Positions 1-9,292 of a stretch of DNA of 32,000 bases are shown one piece after another. The notes below the pieces were generated by a model, which was given only the letters and a program-made list of their open reading frames with translations, was not told the origin of the DNA and did not search any database. The translations under genes were made by a program, and so were the position numbers. Source of the DNA: Candidatus Omnitrophota bacterium. Lineage in GTDB: Bacteria; Omnitrophota; Gorgyraeia; Zapsychrales; JANLHA01. The DNA lies in NCBI GenBank assembly GCA_963662715.1, contig OY759724.1:2820001-2852000 (forward strand), in the 5' to 3' direction. The first letter of the stretch is position 1. Each line of letters begins with the position of its first letter.

Positions 1-290
1 TTGAACGCATCCACCGCAGTAATCTGGCAGGCATGGGGCTGCTTCCTCTGGAATTTTCTCCCGGAGATTCGGCCGAATCCCTGGGCCTGACCGGAGAAGA
101 AGTTTTTGACTTCCCGAATCTGAACGAGCAAATACAGCCGGGAGCAGCTGTTGTCGTCCGGGCGCAAAAAAAAGACGGAACCGTTCAGGAGTTCTCCTGC
201 ATCTGCCGGCTGGATACTCCTGTGGAGATCGACTATTACCGTCATGGAGGGGTTCTGCAGACTGTTCTGCGGAAACTGTTGCTTAAGTGA
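1..290 (+). CDS. acnA: aconitate hydratase, C-terminal fragment (5' end lies outside the window; the frame starts at nt 3)
   Basis: Frame 3 is open from nt 3 and reads ERIHRSNLAGMGLLPLEF...CRLDTPVEIDYYRHGGVLQTVLRKLLLK*. This matches the conserved C-terminus of AcnA/IRP-type aconitases (RSNLxGMGxLPLxF and YYxxGGxLxxVLRxL). Confidence 0.85.
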   Translation, partial: ERIHRSNLAGMGLLPLEFSPGDSAESLGLTGEEVFDFPNLNEQIQPGAAVVVRAQKKDGTVQEFSCICRLDTPVEIDYYRHGGVLQTVLRKLLLK

Positions 291-301
291 TGAATGCGCC
301 G

Positions 302-330
302 TTGACATTTTTTGTTTTGTTACTTAATAT
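302..330 (+). promoter_or_regulatory. sigma70-like promoter candidate for leuCD
   Basis: TTGACA (302-307), a 17-nt T-rich spacer, then TAATAT (325-330). It lies about 45 nt upstream of the leuC ATG, and AAGGAG sits 7 nt before that ATG. Confidence 0.5.
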
Positions 331-376
331 TATGTAGAAATATAAGGTGTTAATTTAGGTTAGGTAAGGAGAAGAT

Positions 377-1780
377 ATGCCAAAGACATTATACGATAAG
401 ATATGGGAAAAACATCTGGTGCATGAGAGCCAGGAAGACACGTCGGTCATCTATGTCGACCGCCAGCTTGTGCATGAAGTCACCAGCCCTCAGGCTTTTG
501 AAGGGTTGAGGCTGTCGGAACGGAAAGTGCGCTGTCCGCATAAAACCTTTGCCACCATGGACCACAATGTTTCGACCCGCACGCAGGACTGGTCAAAAGT
601 CGAGGATACGTCCAGAATTCAGATGGAAACCCTGAAAAAGAACTGTGAGGAGTTCGGTGTCCGGCTTTATGAATTCGGCAGCCAGGACCAGGGGATCGTG
701 CATGTCATCGGCCCGGAAAAAGGGATCACGCAGCCGGGGATGGTCATTGTCTGCGGTGATTCCCATACCGCGACGCACGGCGCTTTCGGCGCGTTGGCTT
801 TCGGGATCGGAACCTCTGAAGTGGAGCATGTGCTGGCGACCCAGACCCTGCAGCAGAACAAATCAAAGTCCATGCTGATCAAGGTTGACGGGGTTTTGGC
901 TGAAGGCGTCACAGCGAAAGATATCATTTTATATATTATCGGGCAGATCGGTACGGACGGAGCCACCGGTTATGTCATTGAATATGCGGGAACCGCGATT
1001 GAGAGCCTTTCGATGGAAGGGCGGATGACGATTTGTAATATGAGCATTGAAGCCGGAGGCCGGGCCGGGATGATCGCGCCGGATGAGAAAACGTTCGAGT
1101 TTTTGAAAGGACGGGATTTTGCCCCGAAGGATAAGGATTGGGACAGGGCCGTGGCTTATTGGCAGACGCTTAAAACAGATCCCGGCGCCGCGTTTGACCG
1201 CCTCATCGAGATTGACGCAGCAGCGATCAAGCCGCAGGTGACCTGGGGAACCAGCCCGGGCCAGGTCGTTTCCATTGATGATGTTGTTCCTGACCCGGAA
1301 GGCATGACAGATCCGGTCAAAAAAACAACGGCGAAGAACGCCTTAAGGTACATGGATCTTCAGCCTTTAACGCCGATAAAAGGCCTTGAGATCACCAAAG
1401 TGTTTATCGGCTCTTGCACGAACGGAAGAATAGAGGATTTGCGTGCCGCAGCGGAAGTGGTCAAAGGCAAGAAGGTGCATCCTCAGGTCGAAGCGATCGT
1501 CGTGCCGGGGTCCGAACGTGTGCGCCTGCAGGCCGAGGAGGAAGGCCTGCAGAAAATATTCCTGGACGCCGGTCTGCAGTGGCGTTTTTCCGGATGCTCG
1601 ATGTGTCTGGGCATGAACGATGATCAGCTGAAGCCGGGGGAACGGTGTGCGTCAACGAGCAACCGTAATTTTGAAGGGCGGCAGGGGCCGGGCGGCCGGA
1701 CGCATTTGATGTCCGTACAGATGGCGGCGCTTGCGGCTTTAAAAGGGCATCTGGCGGATGTCCGGGAAAATATTTCTTAA
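377..1780 (+). CDS. leuC: 3-isopropylmalate dehydratase large subunit
   Basis: 467 aa. Aconitase-family motifs are present: [43 protein letters not shown] and [10 protein letters not shown]. An AAGGAG RBS precedes it and leuD follows directly. Confidence 0.95.
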   Translation: MPKTLYDKIWEKHLVHESQEDTSVIYVDRQLVHEVTSPQAFEGLRLSERKVRCPHKTFATMDHNVSTRTQDWSKVEDTSRIQMETLKKNCEEFGVRLYEFGSQDQGIVHVIGPEKGITQPGMVIVCGDSHTATHGAFGALAFGIGTSEVEHVLATQTLQQNKSKSMLIKVDGVLAEGVTAKDIILYIIGQIGTDGATGYVIEYAGTAIESLSMEGRMTICNMSIEAGGRAGMIAPDEKTFEFLKGRDFAPKDKDWDRAVAYWQTLKTDPGAAFDRLIEIDAAAIKPQVTWGTSPGQVVSIDDVVPDPEGMTDPVKKTTAKNALRYMDLQPLTPIKGLEITKVFIGSCTNGRIEDLRAAAEVVKGKKVHPQVEAIVVPGSERVRLQAEEEGLQKIFLDAGLQWRFSGCSMCLGMNDDQLKPGERCASTSNRNFEGRQGPGGRTHLMSVQMAALAALKGHLADVRENIS

Positions 1781-1794
1781 AAGAGAGGTCGATT

Positions 1795-2409
1795 ATGAAA
1801 CCGTTTATTCAACATCAAGGTGTTGTTGTCCCGTTGGACAGGGCCAATGTCGATACAGATGCGATTGTTCCCAAACAGTTTTTACGTAAAATTGAGCGCA
1901 CGGGTTTTGGACAACATCTGTTTCATGAATGGCGCTATAAGGATTATGAAGGCACAGAACCCAACCCTGATTTTGTCCTGAATAAAAATGAATACCGTCA
2001 CGCCACGATCCTGCTGGCCAGGGATAACTTCGGCTGCGGGTCGAGCCGGGAACATGCTCCCTGGGCGCTTGCCGATTACGGGTTCCGGGTGATTATTGCC
2101 CCGAGTTTTGCCGATATTTTCTACAACAACTGCGGCAAGAACGGTATCCTGCCGGTTCAGCTTGAACCTGAAAAAGTGGAACGTTTATTCCAGCAGGTTA
2201 ACGCTTTCCCCGGGATACAATTGACCGCGGATCTTCCCAAACAGATCATTGTTGACCGGAACGGCTGTGAATACCGTTTTAAAATTCATCCTTTTATGAA
2301 ATTCTGCCTTATAAAAGGCCTGGATCAGATCGGGTGGACCATGCAGTTTGAGGATGATATTAAAACGTATGAAGAAAGATTGCGGCAGGAGCAGCCCTGG
2401 CTGACCTGA
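1795..2409 (+). CDS. leuD: 3-isopropylmalate dehydratase small subunit
   Basis: 204 aa with [15 protein letters not shown] and the typical LeuD N-terminus ([20 protein letters not shown]). It starts 14 nt after leuC and has an AGAGAGG RBS. Confidence 0.95.
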   Translation: MKPFIQHQGVVVPLDRANVDTDAIVPKQFLRKIERTGFGQHLFHEWRYKDYEGTEPNPDFVLNKNEYRHATILLARDNFGCGSSREHAPWALADYGFRVIIAPSFADIFYNNCGKNGILPVQLEPEKVERLFQQVNAFPGIQLTADLPKQIIVDRNGCEYRFKIHPFMKFCLIKGLDQIGWTMQFEDDIKTYEERLRQEQPWLT

Positions 2410-2429
2410 TTCCGGAGAGTTCTTGATGA

Positions 2430-2662
2430 ACCGGATATCTTGAGCCCATTCCTTTTGGGTTTGTCGTCGGGCATATTGCCCGCGAAGCTTTTGTCGGAGG
2501 ACCTCTTGCTATTGCAAAAAATGGTGCTATGATTAGCATTGATGCGCGAAAACGCTCAATGAATGTGTGCTGGTCATCCAGCAACCCCGCAGCCGTTGTC
2601 AAAGCGCTGTTTTAAATAAATACGCCCGGAGCGTAGGGGCAGCCGCGCGGGGCGGCGACAGA
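2430..2662 (+). pseudogene. ilvD: relic of the 3' end of dihydroxy-acid dehydratase (ilvD), frameshifted and truncated
   Basis: Frame 3 (2430-2546) reads ...GFVVGHIAREAFVGGPLAIAKNGAMISIDAR. This matches the conserved IlvD/Edd C-terminal block GHVxPEAxxGGPIAxxxxGDxIxIDxxxR. Frame 2 (2543-2662) continues KTLNECVLVIQQPRSRCQSAVLNKYARSVGAAARGGDR, which matches the IlvD tail (RxLNLLVSxEELxxRR...GxLxKYAxxVxSAxxGAV). The frame switches near 2545. There is no start codon or RBS, and only about 75 of roughly 560 residues remain. Confidence 0.55.
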
Positions 2663-2685
2663 TTATTAATTGACAGGAGACCAGA

Positions 2686-3762
2686 ATGGCAGGAAATATT
2701 TTCGGAGAACTTTTCCGTATATCAACGTTCGGGGAAAGCCATGGCCCGGCTTTGGGTGTTGTGATCGACGGCGTCCCGCCGCAGTTGGAGATTTCAGAAG
2801 ACGATATTCAGTTTGATTTGGACCGCCGCCGGCCGGGGCAGAGCAAGATAACGACCCAGCGCCAGGAATCCGATAAGGTTGAAATCCTTTCCGGGACATT
2901 TGAAGGCAAGACGACCGGAACCCCTTTGGCGATGCTGATCCGTAACCAGGACCAGCGTCCCCGGGATTATTCCAATATTATGGACGTATACCGCCCGGGG
3001 CACGCGGATTATCCTTATCAGATGAAATACGGGATCAGGGACTACCGGGGCGGGGGGCGCTCTTCCGGGAGGGAGACTGCGGCCCGGGTTGCCGCCGGAG
3101 CCGTGGCCAAGAAATTCCTGGCACAAAACAATATAAAAGTTATCGCCTATACGATATCGGTCGGCCCGGTAAAGGCCCGGGAGCGGAATTATGACGTCAT
3201 TGAACAGAATATCGTGCGGGCCCCGGATTTGTCCGCCGCCGAAGAGATGATTCGGGTGATTGAAGAAGCGAGAAAAGACTGCGATTCCGTCGGCGGAATT
3301 GTCGAGGCGGTTGTTCAGGGCTGTCCGGTTGGACTGGGCGATCCTGTTTTTGATAAGCTTAATGCCCTTTTGGCTCATGCCGTCATGTCGGTCGGGACGA
3401 TCCGCGGTGTCGAGTTCGGCGAGGGGTTTGCCTCGGCCCAATTAAGGGGTTCGGAAAACAATGACCCCTTTATTTCCCGGGAGGGGAAGGTCACAACGGC
3501 AACAGACCATGCCGGAGGAATTTTGGGCGGGATATCTACCGGCGCGGATATTGTATTAAGAGCGGCTGTCAAACCTCCGTCTTCCATTGCCAAACTGCAG
3601 AACACCGTTAACATAAATCATGAAGAGGTTGAAATTCAGGTGAGGGGCCGGCATGATCCGTGTTTATGCCCGAGAATTGTCCCTGTGATCGAAGCGATGA
3701 TAGCCCTGACGATTGCGGATCGTCTTTTAATTCAAAAAAGCATTCAAAATTCATCGTCATGA
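2686..3762 (+). CDS. aroC: chorismate synthase
   Basis: 358 aa with the motifs FGESHGPALG, YRPGHADY, GGGRSSGRETAARV and RHDPC. An AGGAG RBS precedes it. Confidence 0.95.
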   Translation: MAGNIFGELFRISTFGESHGPALGVVIDGVPPQLEISEDDIQFDLDRRRPGQSKITTQRQESDKVEILSGTFEGKTTGTPLAMLIRNQDQRPRDYSNIMDVYRPGHADYPYQMKYGIRDYRGGGRSSGRETAARVAAGAVAKKFLAQNNIKVIAYTISVGPVKARERNYDVIEQNIVRAPDLSAAEEMIRVIEEARKDCDSVGGIVEAVVQGCPVGLGDPVFDKLNALLAHAVMSVGTIRGVEFGEGFASAQLRGSENNDPFISREGKVTTATDHAGGILGGISTGADIVLRAAVKPPSSIAKLQNTVNINHEEVEIQVRGRHDPCLCPRIVPVIEAMIALTIADRLLIQKSIQNSSS

Positions 3763-4637
3763 ATCAAACTCCTTCACAGCAAATCATTCTTATCACCGGA
3801 TGTTCCAGCGGGTTCGGTCTGCTCATGGCGGCCCGGCTGGCTTCCCGGGGACATCAGGTTATCGCCACCATGCGCAACCTTGAGAAGCAAGGGGCCCTTT
3901 TAGACGAATGCCAGCGCCGGCAGACAACCGTCGACGTTTATCAATGCGATGTCACGGACCGTCTTTCGGTGAGCCACTGCTTTAAAGAGGTCGGCTCAAA
4001 ATACGGCTATATCGATGTTCTGATCAATAATGCCGGGTACGGGCTGGGCGGCTATTTTGAAGATTTGACGGACCAGGAAATCCGGGAGCAGATGGACACG
4101 AACTTTTTCGGAGTGTTGAACGTTACCCGGGCCGCCGTTCCCTTTATGCGTCCTAAGAGACACGGCAAAATCATCAATATTTCCAGCGTGTCCGGGTTCA
4201 GCGCTTCCCCGGGGTTCAGCGCTTATTGTGCCAGTAAATGGGCTTTGGAAGGTTTCTCCGAATGCCTGCGTTATGAACTCAAACCTTTCGGTATTGATGT
4301 TTTTTTGATCGAACCCGGAACTTACAAAACGAAGATATTTTATGAGAACGCGCATTACGCAAAAAATTATGATAGTCCGGACAGCCCGTATTTCGCACTG
4401 TCACAGTTTATGAAAAAGAAGATCAAGGATCATGTCGATGATTGTCATAAGGATCCGGAGGAGATTGCTATGCTGGCCGAGAAGCTGATCTTGGGGCAAA
4501 GGCCTTCTTTCCGTAACCGGCCGGATATTGAAACACAGGTTCTGTTTGTCCTGAGAAAAATTCTTCCCTTCAGGCTGTACAGCTGGCTTATTAATAAAGC
4601 CCTTCCTTTAGAGAAAATCATTCAGCAAAAGCCGTGA
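3759..4637 (+). CDS. short-chain dehydrogenase/reductase (classical SDR), substrate unknown
   Basis: The start is trimmed to the ATG that overlaps the aroC stop (ATGA). Motifs are TGCSSGFG (TGxxxGxG), NNAG and S...YCASK (catalytic YxxxK). The ORF-track start at 3660 would overlap aroC by about 100 nt and adds non-SDR sequence. Confidence 0.85.
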   Translation: MNQTPSQQIILITGCSSGFGLLMAARLASRGHQVIATMRNLEKQGALLDECQRRQTTVDVYQCDVTDRLSVSHCFKEVGSKYGYIDVLINNAGYGLGGYFEDLTDQEIREQMDTNFFGVLNVTRAAVPFMRPKRHGKIINISSVSGFSASPGFSAYCASKWALEGFSECLRYELKPFGIDVFLIEPGTYKTKIFYENAHYAKNYDSPDSPYFALSQFMKKKIKDHVDDCHKDPEEIAMLAEKLILGQRPSFRNRPDIETQVLFVLRKILPFRLYSWLINKALPLEKIIQQKP

Positions 4638-4663
4638 ACTGTTTTTTCTCCCCAGGCAGAAGA

Positions 4664-4697
4664 CCTTCCCGGAGAATTGGGAAGGGATGTCTTTTTT
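4664..4697. terminator. intrinsic terminator between the convergent SDR and MBL genes
   Basis: A perfect 7-bp stem pairs CCTTCCC (4664-4670) with GGGAAGG (4679-4685) around an 8-nt loop. A T6 run (4692-4697) follows on the plus strand. The element sits exactly between two convergent stop codons. Confidence 0.55.
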
Positions 4698-5349
4698 ACA
4701 GGGTTATGCCCATGCGGTGTTCGATAAATTCCTCTCTGGACCGGCAGGTCAGGTAGGGATTGCTTCCTTTCTGGTCTTTCAGTAGGGCTTGCGGGGTCTT
4801 CCCGTAATCGTGCCCGGGATAAATCACGGTTGATTCCGGGAGTTTGAGAATAAGGTTATATAAAGTATGAAACATTTTTTCCGAATCGCCCCCCGGCAGA
4901 TCGCAGCGGCCGCAGCCGTCAATAAAAAGAGTGTCCCCGGTCAGCAGGTTATTCCCCGCAAGAAAACATTGCGAACCGGGTGTGTGCCCCGGGGTATGAA
5001 GACATTGGACCTCTAAAGACCCTATAAGTATTTTTTCATTGTGTTCGACAAAATGAATGTTGTCACACTCAGGCTGGTAATAAGCTGGCTCATGTTTCGA
5101 CAGATATACGGGGACAGGAGTGTTTTTCAGCAGTTCTTTGAGAGCATTGGCGTGGTCATAATGTCCGTGCGTTAAGAGCACGGCGGCAATCTTATAATTT
5201 TTTTCCTCACAGATGCCGAGAAGGGTCCGGGCATCCCAGCCCGGATCGACAACCCCGACCTGGCGGGTCGCTGCGTCACCGATCAGGTAGGAGAAATTGT
5301 TCATAGGGCCCAAGGGGATTTGTTCAAAAATCATCGCGGTTTCATCCAT
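4696..5349 (-). CDS. MBL-fold metallo-hydrolase (glyoxalase II / hydroxyacylglutathione hydrolase-like)
   Basis: 217 aa with THGHYDH (HxHxDH), HTPGHTPGS, GDTLFIDGCGRCD and YPGHDY metal-ligand motifs. AAGGAG lies 10 nt upstream of the ATG. Confidence 0.85.
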   Translation of the reverse strand: MDETAMIFEQIPLGPMNNFSYLIGDAATRQVGVVDPGWDARTLLGICEEKNYKIAAVLLTHGHYDHANALKELLKNTPVPVYLSKHEPAYYQPECDNIHFVEHNEKILIGSLEVQCLHTPGHTPGSQCFLAGNNLLTGDTLFIDGCGRCDLPGGDSEKMFHTLYNLILKLPESTVIYPGHDYGKTPQALLKDQKGSNPYLTCRSREEFIEHRMGITL

Positions 5350-5543
5350 AAGTCCCGATCTCCTTTCCGGGGAAAAATTCCATTTGAATCATGTGTTTTG
5401 AGCGGAGTCCGAAATCCCGCGTACACTCTGGATTATTATACACAATTATGCTTTAACTTTGAACAGAAAATCCGGCGATTCTTAAACATAAGAACTCCTT
5501 TGGAAAAACCGGGAAATCAGAAGGCATCCGGAATATTATATGC

Positions 5544-5571
5544 TTGACAGAAAATAGGACGCTTCTATAAT
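5544..5571 (+). promoter_or_regulatory. near-consensus sigma70 promoter for the thioredoxin-like gene
   Basis: TTGACA (5544-5549), a 16-nt spacer, then TATAAT (5566-5571). A GGAGG RBS (5588-5592) and the ATG at 5598 follow. Confidence 0.6.
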
Positions 5572-5597
5572 TATAAAAATTAAATAAGGAGGGCCCC

Positions 5598-6149
5598 ATG
5601 GCATTATTGGAATCTGTGATCGTTCCGTTAGGTTCGACACTGCCTGAATTTGCATTGCCTGATACGGAGGGAAAAACTTACAAAAGTGCCGATCTTTTGG
5701 GGGAGCGGGGATTGCTTGTTGTATTTACTTGTAATCACTGCCCTTACGCACAGGCCGTTTGGCCTAGGGTGATACGTTTGGCCCGTTATGGCTTGGGGAT
5801 GCGCCTGAATACGGTTGCCGTTAACCCGAACATTCATCCGGACTTCCCGGAAGACGCCCCGGATAAAATGAAAGAAAAAATCAAGGAGCTGGGGATTGAT
5901 TTTCCGTACCTTATTGATGAAACTCAGGATGTTGCCAGGCGTTTTAAAGCCCAATGCACTCCGGATATTTATCTTTATAACAAAGAAGCCAGGCTTGTTT
6001 ATCACGGACGCATTGATGATAACTGGAAGGATGAAACCAGGGTTACCCGGGAAGAACTTAAGGAAGCCATGAATAATATGGCTGCCGGCAGTCCCGTAGA
6101 TGCCCGGCAGATGCCGGCTATGGGGTGTTCCATCAAGTGGCGGACTTAA
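5598..6149 (+). CDS. thioredoxin-fold thiol-disulfide oxidoreductase (AhpC/TSA-redoxin-like)
   Basis: 183 aa with a CxxC centre in VVFTCNHCPYA, in the usual position after a beta strand. The length and pattern fit redoxin-family proteins, and the RBS is strong. Confidence 0.75.
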   Translation: MALLESVIVPLGSTLPEFALPDTEGKTYKSADLLGERGLLVVFTCNHCPYAQAVWPRVIRLARYGLGMRLNTVAVNPNIHPDFPEDAPDKMKEKIKELGIDFPYLIDETQDVARRFKAQCTPDIYLYNKEARLVYHGRIDDNWKDETRVTREELKEAMNNMAAGSPVDARQMPAMGCSIKWRT

Positions 6150-6236
6150 TAAAACGCTTCCCCAATGAATGACAGGGAGGATCAATCCCGCTTCGGACGC
6201 TTTGTTTTTAAGAAAGATATCCGTTGAACCTTATTC

Positions 6237-7442
6237 ATGAACAGTCATAAGATGAATAGCCAGAATAAAAATATGGAGTTTTTGAGCCGGATTTCAACAT
6301 CGACCCTTTTAGATGTTATCCTTAAAGATTTATCCGAGGGCGTTGAGGGGGCGTGGGACATCGCCTTCCTTTTTATTTCCGGGTTTGATGAAAAGTCGAC
6401 CAAAGTCATCGGGGACAAGATTCAGGCCGGACTGTCCCTTAAAAATGTTTTGGGCTGCGCCGGCTACGGCGTGATCGGGGCGGGAAAAGAAATTGAGGAT
6501 TCCCCGTCAGTTTCCCTGCTGCTGGCCCGGATGCCGGGGGTGAGGTGCATGCCGTTTTATCTCGACCAGACAAGTTATGAGGACCTGCAGACAACCGAAG
6601 AATGGTATGATTTGATGGATGTCTATCCGAATGAAAAGCCCAAGTTTATTGTTTTTACCGAAGCCACAAACAGCGCTATGAATTCTTTTATCGAAGGCAT
6701 TAATAAGTCCTATCCTAACAGCCCGGTTGTCGGCGGGTTGACCGGGGTCGAAAATCATCCCCGGCAGAATTTGTTTATCTGCAACTCCCAATATTATGCC
6801 GAAGGGCTGGTCGGGGTATGCCTCACCGGGAACATTCATATTGAAACCATTGTCTCCCAGGGCTGCCGTCCGATTGGGGAAAGCTATATTATCACGCAGG
6901 CGGATGACAATATTATCTATGAGTTGGCCGGCCGGCCGTTTTACGAAGTCCTGGAGGATGTGATCAACGAAATATCGGAACGGGACCAGAAGCTCGCCCA
7001 GGACGCCATATTCGTCGGTATCGCTATGAATGAGTATAAACATCGTATGAGGCAGGGGGATTTTATTATCCGTTTGCTGATGGCCATCGACGATGAATCC
7101 GGGGCGGGGATTATCACCGATGCCGTGCATGTCGGCCAGACGGTTAAGTTCCATGTGCGTGATCCTATCTCCGCGGAACAGGATTTGAAATCCCTTTTAA
7201 AAGAGCATCAGAATGAACTGGTGCGTCTGGCCCCCAAAGGCGGCTTGATCTTTTCCTGCAGTGCAAGAGGAAAGGAGCTTTTTGGAGCCCAGAACCATGA
7301 TACGAACTTGTTAAATGATTTTCTGGGGGATGTCCCGCTCTCCGGGTTTTTCAGCGCCGGGGAACTGGGGCCGGTGTACGGGAAAAATTTTCTCCACGGC
7401 GTGACGAGCTGTATCGCCTTGTTTTACCCTGGAGAACCTTGA
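6237..7442 (+). CDS. FIST-domain protein (FIST_N + FIST_C), stand-alone
   Basis: 401 aa. The C-terminal pattern GGLIFSCSARGKELFG...D...PLSGFFSAGELGP is the FIST_C signature as I recall it. The start is uncertain: ATGs at 6237, 6252 and 6273 all lack a clear SD. Confidence 0.65.
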   Translation: MNSHKMNSQNKNMEFLSRISTSTLLDVILKDLSEGVEGAWDIAFLFISGFDEKSTKVIGDKIQAGLSLKNVLGCAGYGVIGAGKEIEDSPSVSLLLARMPGVRCMPFYLDQTSYEDLQTTEEWYDLMDVYPNEKPKFIVFTEATNSAMNSFIEGINKSYPNSPVVGGLTGVENHPRQNLFICNSQYYAEGLVGVCLTGNIHIETIVSQGCRPIGESYIITQADDNIIYELAGRPFYEVLEDVINEISERDQKLAQDAIFVGIAMNEYKHRMRQGDFIIRLLMAIDDESGAGIITDAVHVGQTVKFHVRDPISAEQDLKSLLKEHQNELVRLAPKGGLIFSCSARGKELFGAQNHDTNLLNDFLGDVPLSGFFSAGELGPVYGKNFLHGVTSCIALFYPGEP

Positions 7443-7448
7443 TATAAT
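7419..7448 (+). promoter_or_regulatory. possible thiC promoter within and just after the FIST 3' end
   Basis: TTGTTT (7419-7424), an 18-nt spacer, then TATAAT (7443-7448) immediately after the FIST stop. The resulting leader is only about 35 nt. Confidence 0.35.
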
Positions 7449-7469
7449 GGCGGCATCCGTATTAATTGA

Positions 7470-9263
<1,794 letters not shown>

Positions 9264-9292
9264 ATCTCATCCCTTGATGGCTTTGTTTTTTT

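Noticed and set aside
2360-2602. An 80-aa minus-strand ORF across the leuD 3' end and the spacer. A plus-strand ORF at 2567-2764 runs into aroC.
   Set aside because: The minus-strand ORF has no RBS or homology. The plus-strand one is explained as the second frame of the ilvD relic, reading on by chance into aroC.
2794-3441. A long antisense ORF of 215 aa opposite aroC. Similar ones are 5628-6185 (-), 6507-7154 (-), 14611-15141 (-), 17986-18765 (-, 259 aa), 20633-21049 (-), 28096-28584 (+), 29553-30023 (+) and 30586-31128 (-).
   Set aside because: Each lies fully inside a gene with unmistakable family motifs on the other strand. Their translations are low-complexity (rich in R, P and G) with no recognisable domains or RBS. 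The recurrence probably reflects codon usage that avoids the reverse complements of stop codons, not overlapping genes.
6150-6236. A possible terminator after the thioredoxin-like gene (CCG-CUU-CGG followed by GCTTTGTTTTT).
   Set aside because: The stem is 3 bp, too weak to support a call.
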